Of a stretch of DNA of 64,000 nucleotides, positions 10,150-20,663 are shown piece by piece; the first letter of the stretch is position 1, and every line of letters starts with the position of its first letter. The DNA lies in the IMG/VR virus record IMGVR_UViG_3300045988_073563. One strand, written 5' to 3'. The stretch is from a virus. The notes beneath the pieces were generated by a model. It was not told the DNA's origin. It ran no database searches and saw only the letters and a list, made by a program, of their open reading frames with translations. The position numbers and the translations under genes are program-made.

Positions 10150-13100
10150 ATGGTAAGATTTGTTAATTTTAGAGCAAGTGATATATAGCCCAATCCTGAT
10201 GAAGTAATGTACTGGGTTGACCTTAATACTGATCCACTTGGTGGTAGTATAAAGGTATGGAATGCAGAAGGATATTGGGAGACTATAAAAGTACTTCAAG
10301 GAACTCTACCTGAATTTGAAAACAGAATAAAGAAGTGGGTAGAACAACAATTAAAGAACTTTGATGAGCATCTGAATGAAGAGATACGTCAATTTGACGG
10401 TAGGATTGCTATCATAAGTTAGGATATAGAGACATTAAAACTAACTAAATAGGATAAACTTATTGCTGGTTCAGGCATAGATATTACTGATAATGTAGTA
10501 TCATGTGTACTGGATCTTACTCTGTATAAGATAGTATCAGAATTACCCACTGAAGACATTGATACTACAAAGATATACTTAGTAGTTGATAGTGAAGGTA
10601 CTCATGGTAATCTCTATAAAGAGTATATCTATGTAGATGGAGAGTGGGAACTATTGGGTGAATATAAAGCAGATATAGACTTATCCCCATATCTTACTAA
10701 GGTAGAAGCTGCTGATACTTATGCTACTAAACTAGAACTGCAACAAGAAGTAAATCGTGCAACACAAGCAGAGGTTACTGAGAAGAATAGAGCATTAGCT
10801 GCAGAGGAACAACTGTCTAAAGACATTGATGCAGAAAAGGATAGAGCTCTTATTGCAGAAAGAGATAACTTCAACCGTATTATAAATGAAATTGCACGTG
10901 CAGAAGCTGCAGAAAAAGCTAATGCTAAAGCAATAGAAGATGAGGCAAAGCGTGCTATAGAAATTGAAACAGCTCTTGCTTCAGGAATGGTAGAAGAACA
11001 GAACAGAGCAATTGAAGCGGAAGAACAGTTACAAGGTGAAATATGGGCTGTAGATGCTAAAATGTCTGAACAGGGTGGTTCTTTAACTGATGCTATAAAT
11101 TCTAATACACAAGCTATAGCTGATGAAACTGCTAGAGCTACTCAAGCTGAAGATAATAATAGGAATCTTATTAATGCAATGGATACAGCTTATAAGGCTG
11201 CTGATACTGCAACTAACACTAAATTAGACAATGAGATTACTAGAGCTAAAGCAGCTGAGAAAACAAATGCAGATGCTATAGTAGTAGAAGCGGATCGTAA
11301 TGATGCACAAGATACTTTAATCAGCAATCTGCAATCAAGCAAAGTTTCTACTGTTAACTTAGTATAGGATCCTGATAATGAGTTACATTATACATTGATG
11401 GTAGACTCTACTAATGCTGGTGAAATAAGCATACCTAAGGATAGATTCTTAAAGCAAGCTTATTACGATCCACAGAAGAAGAGCCTTATTTTTATATTTG
11501 TAACTGAGGATGGTGAACAAACTGTACCTGTAGATATTAGCGATCTAGTAGATACATATACTGCCGGTAATGGTTTAAGTCTAGCGAATAATAAGTTTAG
11601 CATTACTATTGATAGTACTTCTGATTCTTACTTAACTGTAGGAGCTAATGGCATCAAATTATCTGGTGTAGCAGCAGCTATTAACAAACTAGATACTGAT
11701 TACAAAGCAGCAGATACTGCAACTCTTAACTCAGCTAAAGCATATACAGATACTAAAGCATCTGATATAACCGATACAGTTACACAACTACAATCAGATA
11801 TAGAAGCTGAAGAAATCAGAGCTACAGATGTAGAGAATAGATTAGCAGGACAAATATTTGCATTAGACGCTGCAAAACAAGAAAGATTAGTTAGTGGTGA
11901 AACTATTAAGACTGTCAATGGCAGTTCATTACTAGGAGCTGGCAACATTGTTATTGAAGGTGGCAGTGGTGGAGGAATTGATGATGCTCCGTCTGATAGT
12001 AAAGAATACGTTAGAAAGAATGCAGCATGGTCAGCATTACCTACTAGATCTGTAACTCCAGTTGCTGATTCGTTAGTATAGAGAGACGGTTCAGGTAATC
12101 TGATAATTAATAAAGGCTCCATTAATTTCAACAATAACATGGAATGGTGGATGCAGGTTAATTCTGATGGTAACTTCATACTTAACAGTACTGGTAATGC
12201 AAATAAGTTCTTATATAAAGATTATGAAGTAGGAAATTTAAACAATTTATATGTACTTAGGGAAACTGTGATAGATGCTGGAACTCTAGACGAAAATACA
12301 TACTATCCTGTTACTATACGTATGGATAGTAAGTACAACAATAGAATAGAAGTGCATACCACATTGGGAGTATCTAGAAAGCCAAGTTGGTCAACACATG
12401 AACAAGGATTTTCGGTTCATTTTGTAGAAGAAGTTTATCCTTTAGCTTGGGGAATAAACAGTACTACACATAGAAGAATATTATCTTTTAATTATAATTG
12501 GACGAAAGATAAAGCAGTATATCCTATAGGTAGGGTAACATAGATGGAAAACGGTGGGTCAGAGGTAATATATGTTAGAGGTGGAGGAAGATATTATTTT
12601 TATACTACTAAAAATGCTTTACCAGTATTAAGGACCTCTGATTATACAGATAGTAGTCAAACTGTATCTCCTAAAGCAGCTAGTGATATGACAGATGCTG
12701 ACTATGCTACTTTTAAAAGAACTATGGTTGAAACTGCTGATACTTCTTATGAACCTACTGCAAATAGTATAGTAAAAAGGAATGCGGACGGTTATATAAA
12801 AGCTAGTTATATAAACACAACTGCAAGTAGGTAGAATGGATATGCTGATACAATGAGTGATGTATTCTTCATGTCCAATGAAGATGGTTACATTCGTCGT
12901 TGTTCCAAAGCAAAGTTCAAAGAACAAATATCAGGTACAGGTTTAGATGCAGATACATTAGATGGTCAATAGGATGATGCTTATTTGAGATACAGAAGTA
13001 CTACAACAACACATGATGATAACACACTGTGGGATAAGATAGGTATTAAAGAATATTCTTCAGCTAATCCAGACCAACTAGATACTCCGTTTAATTATGG

Positions 13101-15006
13101 AGCAGCTATATCATTACCTGCGGGTTCAAGAAGATTTGACATATGGTATTCTGACAGCTCATCGACTAATTCTACTTAGAGGGGAGTATTCTATAGAACT
13201 GGTTGGAATGTAACTAAAAATCCATGGGTTAGATTTTTAGATGCCAATGATATGAGTGCTACAAATGTAGCAAGCAAGATTCCAGTTAGAGACGCTAACA
13301 AACAGATACTAACTAGTGGTTATAAGAAAGAAGGATCTAGTGATTCATATGTGTTGCTTGGTGCTGGTGGTCACGTAATGTTAGCAAAAGGAGCTACTGG
13401 AAATACCATTGTGCAAAGAGACAATGATGGAATAGTATATGGTAAGTACTTCTATACAGAACAAGAAGACGAACCTTCTAGTGCTACTATATCTTCAGTA
13501 TATATAAAAACAACAGATAAAATTATAAGAAGAGTATCATTCGCTAACTTTAAATCAGCATTAAACATTCCTTCTGCATACACATTACCAACTGCATCTA
13601 GTACTACTTTAGGAGGTATCAAGGTAGGAGCAGGATTATCTATTAGTAATGGAGTGTTATCTGCTAATGGAGGTGGCACAGCTGATTCAGTAGCGTGGGC
13701 AAATGTAACAGGTAAGCCAACATGGATAGGAACTGCTAAACCAACTTATAGATTAGATGAAATAGCATCATCAACTAACCAAACTGTAGATGCTAGTACT
13801 ACACCTGTATCTAGAAAGAAAATAGTCTATGTAGGTAAATCAGGTAATGGTTGGATAAGTGCAGTTGCATTAGGTATACGAAATGTAAATGGATCATTTG
13901 GTCCAGCTGTATTATCATTGGGTACTAAAGATACACCGTCAGATACAGCAGCTATTGATGATGGATGGGTAGATTATCAATTCTAGACTAGTGGTAGAAT
14001 TGCATCTAAGGCAGGTACATTTGCTGTTACTTCTGATATTCCTACTTCATTAAAGAACCCTAATGCTATTAAGTTTACAGGAGCAGTTACTGGTACTTAT
14101 GATGGTTCATCTGCTGTTACTTTGAATATCCCAACTATTGCCGGACCAAAAGGTGATACTGGTGAGAAGGGAGAAAAAGGTGATTAGGGTCCGTAGGGTT
14201 TGAAAGGTGACACTGGGGATCAAGGACCTAGAGGATATGCTGGTTCAGATGGAGCTAATGGTAAATCGTTAGAGTTTGTATGGAGTGGTTATACTCTTGG
14301 TGTAAGACAAGAAGGTACTACATCATATACTTATTCAACTAGTTTACGTGGAGCAACTGGAGCGAAGGGTGATAAAGGAGATAAGGGTGATACAGGTCCA
14401 GCTGGTACTACAACGTGGTCTGGTATTACTGGAAAACCATCATGGATTGGTAGTAGCAAACCAACGTATACATGGTCGGAAATCACAAGTAAGCCATCAT
14501 GGATCGGTTCAAGTAAACCTTCCTATTCATATTCAGAAATATCTGGTACTCCATCTCTTGCTGATGTAGCCACATCTGGATTATATAATGATCTAAGTAA
14601 TAAACCAGTTATTGATACTGCTCTATCTTCTACTAGTACAAATGCAGTTCAGAACAAAGTAATATATGAATAGTTAGTAAAGAAGGCTGAGATAGTAGGA
14701 TATTAGGCAGGTTAGAATGGTTACATAAAGTTTGACAATGGTTTATTAATGCAATGGGGGTATAAAACAGCAAGTTCTACTGGTACTAATACTATTTATA
14801 CACCTATAGCTTTTTATAATGCTACTTATTGTCCTATTATTACTTATCGTGAACCAGGGTAGGGCATGAACATTGTTATAGGCTTAGTTACACTTGTACA
14901 AAATAGTTATTTTACAATAAGAAGTAGATACACAGTGGGAGATTCGAATGGTACTGGCGCGGGAATCAATGATTTTTATTGGGTAGCCGTTGGTAGATGG
15001 AAATAA
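10150..15006 (+). CDS. second giant tail fibre protein (1618 aa): coiled-coil repeats, collagen-like segments
   Basis: Listed ORFs 10207, 10654, 11395, 12139, 12544, 12985, 13252 and 14200 all lie in frame 1. Sixteen in-frame TAGs and no other stop until TAA 15004-15006. Contains RAxxAE-type fibre repeats, G-X-Y repeats and KPSWIGSSKP(T/S)Y repeats. Confidence 0.8.
14143..14268 (+). repeat. collagen-like Gly-X-Y repeat containing two TAG codons
   Basis: GPKGDTGEKGEKGD-TAG-GP-TAG-GLKGDTGDQGPRGYAGSDGANGKS. The G-X-Y register is preserved across TAG 14185-14187 and TAG 14194-14196. Confidence 0.85.
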
Positions 15007-15019
15007 AAAATTAACTGTT

Positions 15020-15550
15020 ATGAAATATTGGAAATAGGGATTCTATGATGAATTTCAAGAAGGTTCGGTTGAAATAACCGAAGAATATTGGCAGAAACTA
15101 TTAGTCGGGTAGTCATCAGGAAAAGAAATAAAAGAAAACGAAGTTGGATATCCCATATTGGTCGATTATCAGTATACTATTGATGAATTAAAAGAAATGA
15201 AAATAGCTGACATTAATGCTTATGATAAATCAGATGCGGTAAATTCATTTTATCTTTCAGGAAAAAAAATGTGGTTAGATAAAGAAGACCGAGTAGGGCT
15301 TGTTAACTCAATTAATATTGAGAAACATACTGGTAAACTAGATACAGTTTTATGGTTTGATACAATAAAATATACTATACCTATAACAGATGCTATATCT
15401 ATGCTAAATTCATTAGAGTTATATGCACTTAATTGCTATAATACTACCCAACAACACATTTCGGCAATCTATAAATTACAAACAAAAGAGGAAATAGAGT
15501 CTTATAACTATAAGACAGGTTATCCAGATAAGCTATAGTTTACATTATAA
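15020..15550 (+). CDS. hypothetical protein, possible fibre assembly/chaperone (176 aa)
   Basis: ATG at 15020 is in frame with listed ORF 15158..15538. Three in-frame TAGs, TAA at 15548-15550. Position is between fibre genes. Confidence 0.4.
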
Positions 15551-15577
15551 ACATATAAAATTAAATAATTTTTTCAT

Positions 15578-16108
15578 ATGAAAGAGAAAATAATATTTCT
15601 AGCCCAAACGTATGCTCCAAATCCATCGGAGTGTACTTATTGGATTGATTTAAAAGAAGACCCTACAGGGGCTATTATTAAAGTGTGGAATGGCGCTACA
15701 TGGAAACCTATTAGTGGAGACACTGAAGTGGTAGCTATGTTACAGGAAGAGATTAAAAAGAAAGCTACTAAGGCTACTACTTTATCTGGTTATGGCATTC
15801 AAGATGCATATACTAAAGAACAAGTAGATGCAAAAGTAGCATCAGTATATAGAGTAAAAGGATCAGTTGCTGATTTTGATTCATTGCCAAGTATTGCATC
15901 AATAGGAGATGTGTACAACTTGGATGATACAGGAGCTAATTATGTATGTATTACAGCTAGTCCTGCAGAATGGGATAAATTATCTGAAACTGTAGATTTA
16001 ACTAATTGTATTGCATCTGAAGTAGTATCCAATGTAGTTTATCTTACTCAAGCACAATACGAAGCATTATCAGTTAAAGATTCCAAAACATTATATTTAA
16101 TTTACTAA
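15578..16108 (+). CDS. short tail-fibre-like protein sharing the N-terminal module of 10150..15006
   Basis: APNPSECTYWIDLKEDPTGAIIKVWNGATW compared with QPNPDEVMYWVDLNTDPLGGSIKVWNAEGYW. Intact ORF with TAA stop. Confidence 0.55.
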   Translation: MKEKIIFLAQTYAPNPSECTYWIDLKEDPTGAIIKVWNGATWKPISGDTEVVAMLQEEIKKKATKATTLSGYGIQDAYTKEQVDAKVASVYRVKGSVADFDSLPSIASIGDVYNLDDTGANYVCITASPAEWDKLSETVDLTNCIASEVVSNVVYLTQAQYEALSVKDSKTLYLIY

Positions 16109-16112
16109 TAAT

Positions 16113-17381
16113 ATGAAATTACAGAATAATGACATAATAGCAGCTTATCTAGGTGCTTAGACTATTTCTGATATTAATTTGGGAGATAACAATGTCCTCT
16201 CTAATTACTATGGAGTTAGCTTTCCATTAGAACCTCAGAATACTCTTATGACTAGAATAGGTTATATGCCTTGGCATAAGTCATTACCTATTCAATCTAA
16301 AATGAAAACATGTACTATTACTTCTGATGGTACTGTTAAATATATCAATGCATCTGATAGAACTAAGTATGAAGATGGAACTGACAGAGATATGACGCTT
16401 AATACTATGGTAGAAATACCTGAATTCTGGTATAAGTGTATGAAGAATGAAACAGACGTTTTCCTTAACTTGTATGTTAATGATCCTAAACTAGCAGACG
16501 TGGAACATGTAACTAAATTCTATATTTCAGCATATGAGGCTACTACAGTAGATGATAAGTTGATGTCAGTTAATAATGGTTCTACCCCTACAGTATCTAT
16601 CCCCAGAACTACTATGCAATCTAGAGCTAGAGCAAATGGTAGTGAGAAATGGAATATGTATACTTATAAGGCACATAGAATCCTTACTATCCTTTACTTA
16701 GTAGAATACGCATGTACTAATAGTCAAGCAACTTACAATGCTACATTAACTTCAGAAGGATATAGACAAGGCGGACTTGGCGCAGGTGTAACTGGTGCAG
16801 GTCAACCAGTTAAGAATGGTTCTAATATATACTCAATTGTTCCATGTGGTACTACAGATTCACTAGGAAATGCTACAGGTGTAGTTTCATTTACTTGGAA
16901 TAATACTAATGCAGAAGGTGCTACTATATCTACATTCAATTATAATGTACCTAGTTATAGAGGCGTTGAGAATCCATTTGGACACTTATGGAAGAATGTA
17001 ATAGATGCATTGGTACACTTTAACTCTACTGATAATTGTAATGATGTAATGTTGAATAATAATCTCGCTACATTTGGTTCAACCACAATAGGTGATTATA
17101 CGTTACAGGGACAGACATCAATTAGAGAAGGATATAAGAAGCAGTTGATATATAACTCTGCCTTTGATTTATTCCCATCTAAAGACGAAGCATTTGGAGG
17201 AAATACTACAACGTATTGGTGCGACTATAATTATACTAATAATAGTACGTCAGACAGAACTTTCCTTTTGGGTGGTCACTCGGCTAGCGGCGGTGGTGCT
17301 GGGTTGCTCTATGTGGGTTCTTACGGTGGGCTTGGTGCTTCCTCTGCTTCTGTCGGTACTCGGTTAATCTATATACCGTAA
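16113..17381 (+). CDS. DGR target protein (tail-fibre/receptor-binding type, 422 aa) with C-terminal variable region
   Basis: ATG at 16113 is in frame with listed ORF 16179..17381. One TAG at 16158-16160, TAA stop. The last ~40 codons (LLGGHSASGGGAGLLYVGSYGGLGASSASVGTRLIYIP) are the VR. Confidence 0.85.
17265..17365 (+). repeat. DGR variable repeat (VR)
   Basis: 17271..17361 aligns without gaps to 17427..17517 (offset 156). Of 91 positions, 64 are identical and 27 mismatch, and every mismatch has A in the TR copy. Confidence 0.9.
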
Positions 17382-17390
17382 AAATATAGA
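17368..17390 (+). other. 7-bp inverted repeat just 3' of the VR, spanning the target stop codon
   Basis: TCTATAT (17368-17374) pairs with ATATAGA (17384-17390), with a 9-nt loop. The position matches that of the hairpin/cruciform element known downstream of the VR in other DGRs. Confidence 0.35.
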
Positions 17391-17420
17391 ATTTTGTAAA
17401 ATAATTAGGTTGTTCTCTTG

Positions 17421-17521
17421 CATTTAGGTAGTAACACGACTAACAGCAGTAATGCTAGGTTACTCAATGTGAATTCTAACAATGAGCTTAGTAATTCCAA
17501 TGCTAATGTCAGTACACTGAT
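17421..17521 (+). repeat. DGR template repeat (TR), non-coding
   Basis: Adenine-rich copy of the VR. In the VR reading frame it carries 10 AAY codons. Lies 55 nt after the VR and 120 nt before the RT start. The listed ORF 17418..17645 is this element, not a gene. Confidence 0.9.
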
Positions 17522-17641
17522 CCCCAAAACAGAAAAAATATTTAAAAAGCACTGTCAGAGAAGACCTTACCTCTTGGTAAAAAACGACATTTTAAAACAC
17601 TGTATTAGTAGCGTAAGCGAAAGTTCGGTATGGGATTTCAG

Positions 17642-18664
17642 ATGAAAAGATATAATAATTTATTTGAACAGATTGTTAGCTTAGACAATCTACGTCTAGC
17701 TGAAAAGAAAGCTAGAAAAAACAAGACTCACAGACCAGAAGTTATTGAGTTCGATAAGAATAAAGAACAACTTCTGTTAGAGTTATAGAAAATGTTAATC
17801 GAAGGTACATATGTAACATCTCCGTATTATGTCTATAAGATATATGAACCTAAAGAAAGAGAAATCTTTAAGTTACCTTATTATCCAGATAGAATAGTAC
17901 ATCATGCTATAATGAATATTATGGAACCTATATGGGTATCAACCTTTGTAAAAGGAACATATAGTTGTATTAAGAAACGTGGTATCCATAAAGCAATGAA
18001 AGATGTTAAAGAATCTTTGAAAGACATATAGGGAACTCAATATTGTCTAAAGTTAGATATTAGAAAGTTCTATCCTTCAATAGACAATGATATACTTAAA
18101 CAAGTAATAAGAAGGAAGATAAAAGATACTAAGCTATTGAACTTGTTAGATGGTATAATAGATTCTGCGCAAGGAGTTCCTATCGGTAATTACTTATCAC
18201 AATTCTTTGCTAATCTGTATTTAACTTATCTAGATCATTATATTAAAGAAGTTCATAAGATAAAACACTATTTCAGATATGCAGATGATATTGTAATATT
18301 ACACAGTGATAAGAAGTATCTTAGATATCTGTATGAAGATATTAAAAGTTATCTAGAGAATCAACTTAATCTAAGGTTCAAAGATAATTGGCAGATATTT
18401 AAAGTAGATTCTAGAGGAATAGATTTTGTAGGTTACAGATTGTTTCATACACATATACTTCTTAGAAAGAGAATCAAACAAAGCTTCTGCAGAAAGATAA
18501 CAAAACTAAATAAAAAAGATATTGATAAGGATGATTATAAACAAAAAATATGTAGTTATATAGGTTGGATTAAACATTGTAATGGAAGGAATTTATTCAG
18601 TAAAATGTTGAAATATAAAGAGCTATTAGAATACGTTAACATCCATAGACCAAGTAAAACATAA
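17642..18664 (+). CDS. DGR reverse transcriptase (340 aa)
   Basis: ATG at 17642. Listed ORFs 17792.. and 18137.. are in the same frame, joined by TAG 17786-17788 and TAG 18029-18031. TAA stop. Motifs: [14 protein letters not shown] (DGR-type [I/L]GxxxSQ) and YADDIVIL. Confidence 0.9.
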
Positions 18665-18759
18665 CATACTTATATACGTTTTATAGTTATATCTCAAAAC
18701 GATTATCAGCCCTAGCAGATCAAGTTCAGCCGGGGTTTTTACTTTTAAACTATTATCAA

Positions 18760-19383
18760 ATGTTTTTAGAATTCTTGCCACAAATACTTACAGGAGTAGC
18801 TTCAATTTTGGCTTTATGGTTCACTTATAATCAGTACACAAAGAATAAGATAACTGACTATAAGATTGAAAAATGGAAAAAGCAAGAGCATGTTAACAAT
18901 GTTAAGAATGCTGGAAATATAGCTACTATTTATGGAGAACTATGGGAACTCCTATACTTCTTAAAAGCTGACAGGGTATATCTTATCCAACCACATCCTC
19001 TATATAGAGAGATGTACATATCTGCTACACTAGAAGTAAAACAATATGGAGTATCTTCAGTAAGAGATAGTTTGTCCGATATCAAGATTGAAACAATCTC
19101 TAAGTTCGTATCTGATTTGGCAAATACTGAATATACATTTATAAACGATATAGATTCATCAGACTTTCTGGATAACAAGATTAAGTCAATCATGACAGGT
19201 AATGGTTGTCACTCAGTTGCTATCAGAAGATTAAGTGATGAAAAGAATAATTGGATTGGATCTATAGTAATAGGTTACATACATACTTTTGATGATAACG
19301 TAGATCCACAACTTATCGAAAAAATGTCTAGGTCAAGTGCACTTTCGATCTAGTACATATTACCAGAATTCAAAACAGAATAA
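18760..19383 (+). CDS. membrane-anchored hypothetical protein (207 aa)
   Basis: N-terminal hydrophobic helix FLPQILTGVASILALWF. One TAG at 19351-19353, then TAA 19381-19383. The body is vaguely GAF-like, which is weak. Confidence 0.5.
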
Positions 19384-19384
19384 C

Positions 19385-19996
19385 ATGTTATTAAAAAGCT
19401 TTTTCAACAAATTGGCAGTCACTATCATAATTGGTTTGACTGCCTTTTGTTTTTTTTAGAGATAGAAAATAAAGACACTAGATAAAAGTCTAGGTCAAGT
19501 AACAAACAATTACAAGTATTATCAGGAATTAAATAGCAAACTAAAAGAAGATAATAGAACTTTACAACTTACTATAGGTGATTTGAATAATAGTAAAGAT
19601 AGTTTAATTACTGAAGTAAAGAAGGTTTAGAAAGAACTTAAAATCAAAGATAAGAATCTCTAGTAGGTACAAGTAATCAATACAGAAATGAAAGACTCAG
19701 CATCAGTTGAAATAAAAACTAAGAATGTTGACTTTAGTGAAAAACTAAAGCTAAATGAATTAACTACTATCACAGTAAATAGAAAAGACTCAATCTTAAC
19801 AGCCATACTAGATTTAAGAAATTCCTAGATACTATTTGTAGAAGAAAAAAAAGAATATCGTAATTAGTATAAAAATGGCTTCTAGAGATTCTTGCACTTT
19901 GATTGGAAGAAAGATCGTGTCAGAAAGTATCAAATACATAATAGCAACAAACTTATAAAGGTAACTGATACTAGAATCGTAGAAGTTACTAAATAA
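19385..19996 (+). CDS. membrane-anchored coiled-coil protein, spanin-like (203 aa)
   Basis: ATG at 19385. N-terminal TM segment LAVTIIIGLTAFCFF followed by heptad-like K/E/L-rich sequence. Eight in-frame TAGs, TAA at 19994-19996. No ORF is listed here because of the TAG density. Confidence 0.5.
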
Positions 19997-20034
19997 AAAT
20001 AAATCAATCTATTAATATATTAATCAATAATAAT

Positions 20035-20631
20035 ATGCATAGAATAATCCGTATAAAAGCTTATGAAGCTGAACACGGTCCTCACTTCAATGATGAGCAT
20101 GCTCGCAAAGCTGTAAGCAAGATGGAGAATGAAGACGGAACAAGAGGTCAGCATTGGTCACTTGAGGAAACTACAGCATTAGCTAATCAGTATGGTATTC
20201 GTTTAGATGAAAAGATAAACAAATACGACTGGTATGTAGCATTGAATATGGTATACTCAGATTACTACCGTGTAGTTGTTAGCATGACAGGCTCTAATAA
20301 CACGAAGTATTTCGTAGAATTAGCTAAAGCATGGATGCACGACAAAGACATAGATGAAGGTAAAATGTGGTTTTACTATATTTATGTAATGTGTGATAAG
20401 ATTAGAAATGCTGAAGAAGATCTTTTCGAAAGACATTACAGCAAATATGAAGATGACGACGAAGAGGAACGTTACGGTAACTACCGTAGAATGGGCAGAT
20501 CTTCATATGGTAGACGTAAAGAGTACGACAGAGAATACGATGAAAGAGACTTTGAAAGGGAAAGAGAGAAATTTTTTCCTATGGAAGAAGAATCCAAACG
20601 TGGTCGTTCTGTGCGCTACATTAGATATTAA
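20035..20631 (+). CDS. hypothetical protein with highly charged R/E/D/Y-rich tail (198 aa)
   Basis: Intact ORF with no TAG, higher GC and a TAA stop. Confidence 0.55.
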   Translation: MHRIIRIKAYEAEHGPHFNDEHARKAVSKMENEDGTRGQHWSLEETTALANQYGIRLDEKINKYDWYVALNMVYSDYYRVVVSMTGSNNTKYFVELAKAWMHDKDIDEGKMWFYYIYVMCDKIRNAEEDLFERHYSKYEDDDEEERYGNYRRMGRSSYGRRKEYDREYDERDFEREREKFFPMEEESKRGRSVRYIRY

Positions 20632-20663
20632 TCAAATTAAATCAATCCTAAATAAAATCAATT

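Larger units (their letters stand above)
16113..18664 (+). mobile_element. diversity-generating retroelement cassette (target gene with VR, then TR, then RT)
   Basis: See the component features: a VR/TR pair with adenine-only mismatches plus a DGR-type reverse transcriptase. Confidence 0.9.

Noticed and set aside
3690-14560. Short periodic DNA repeats in the fibre genes (collagen-like and KPSWIGSSKP units) as possible CRISPR or satellite arrays.
   Set aside because: They are in frame inside long coding sequences and encode G-X-Y or peptide repeats. There is no repeat-spacer architecture and there are no cas genes.
17418-17645. 75-aa ORF (MHLGSNTTNSSNARLLNVNSNNELSNSNANV...) between the DGR target and the RT.
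   Set aside because: This is the DGR template repeat plus spacer read as protein. The Asn/Ser richness is simply the AAY-rich TR. It is not an Avd, which would be a four-helix bundle of about 110-130 aa.
17642-18664. Reverse transcriptase as a retron or group II intron RT.
   Set aside because: The adjacent VR/TR pair with adenine-only mismatches and the [I/L]GxxxSQ motif are DGR hallmarks. There is no intron RNA domain structure, maturase/endonuclease domain or msr/msd-like repeats.
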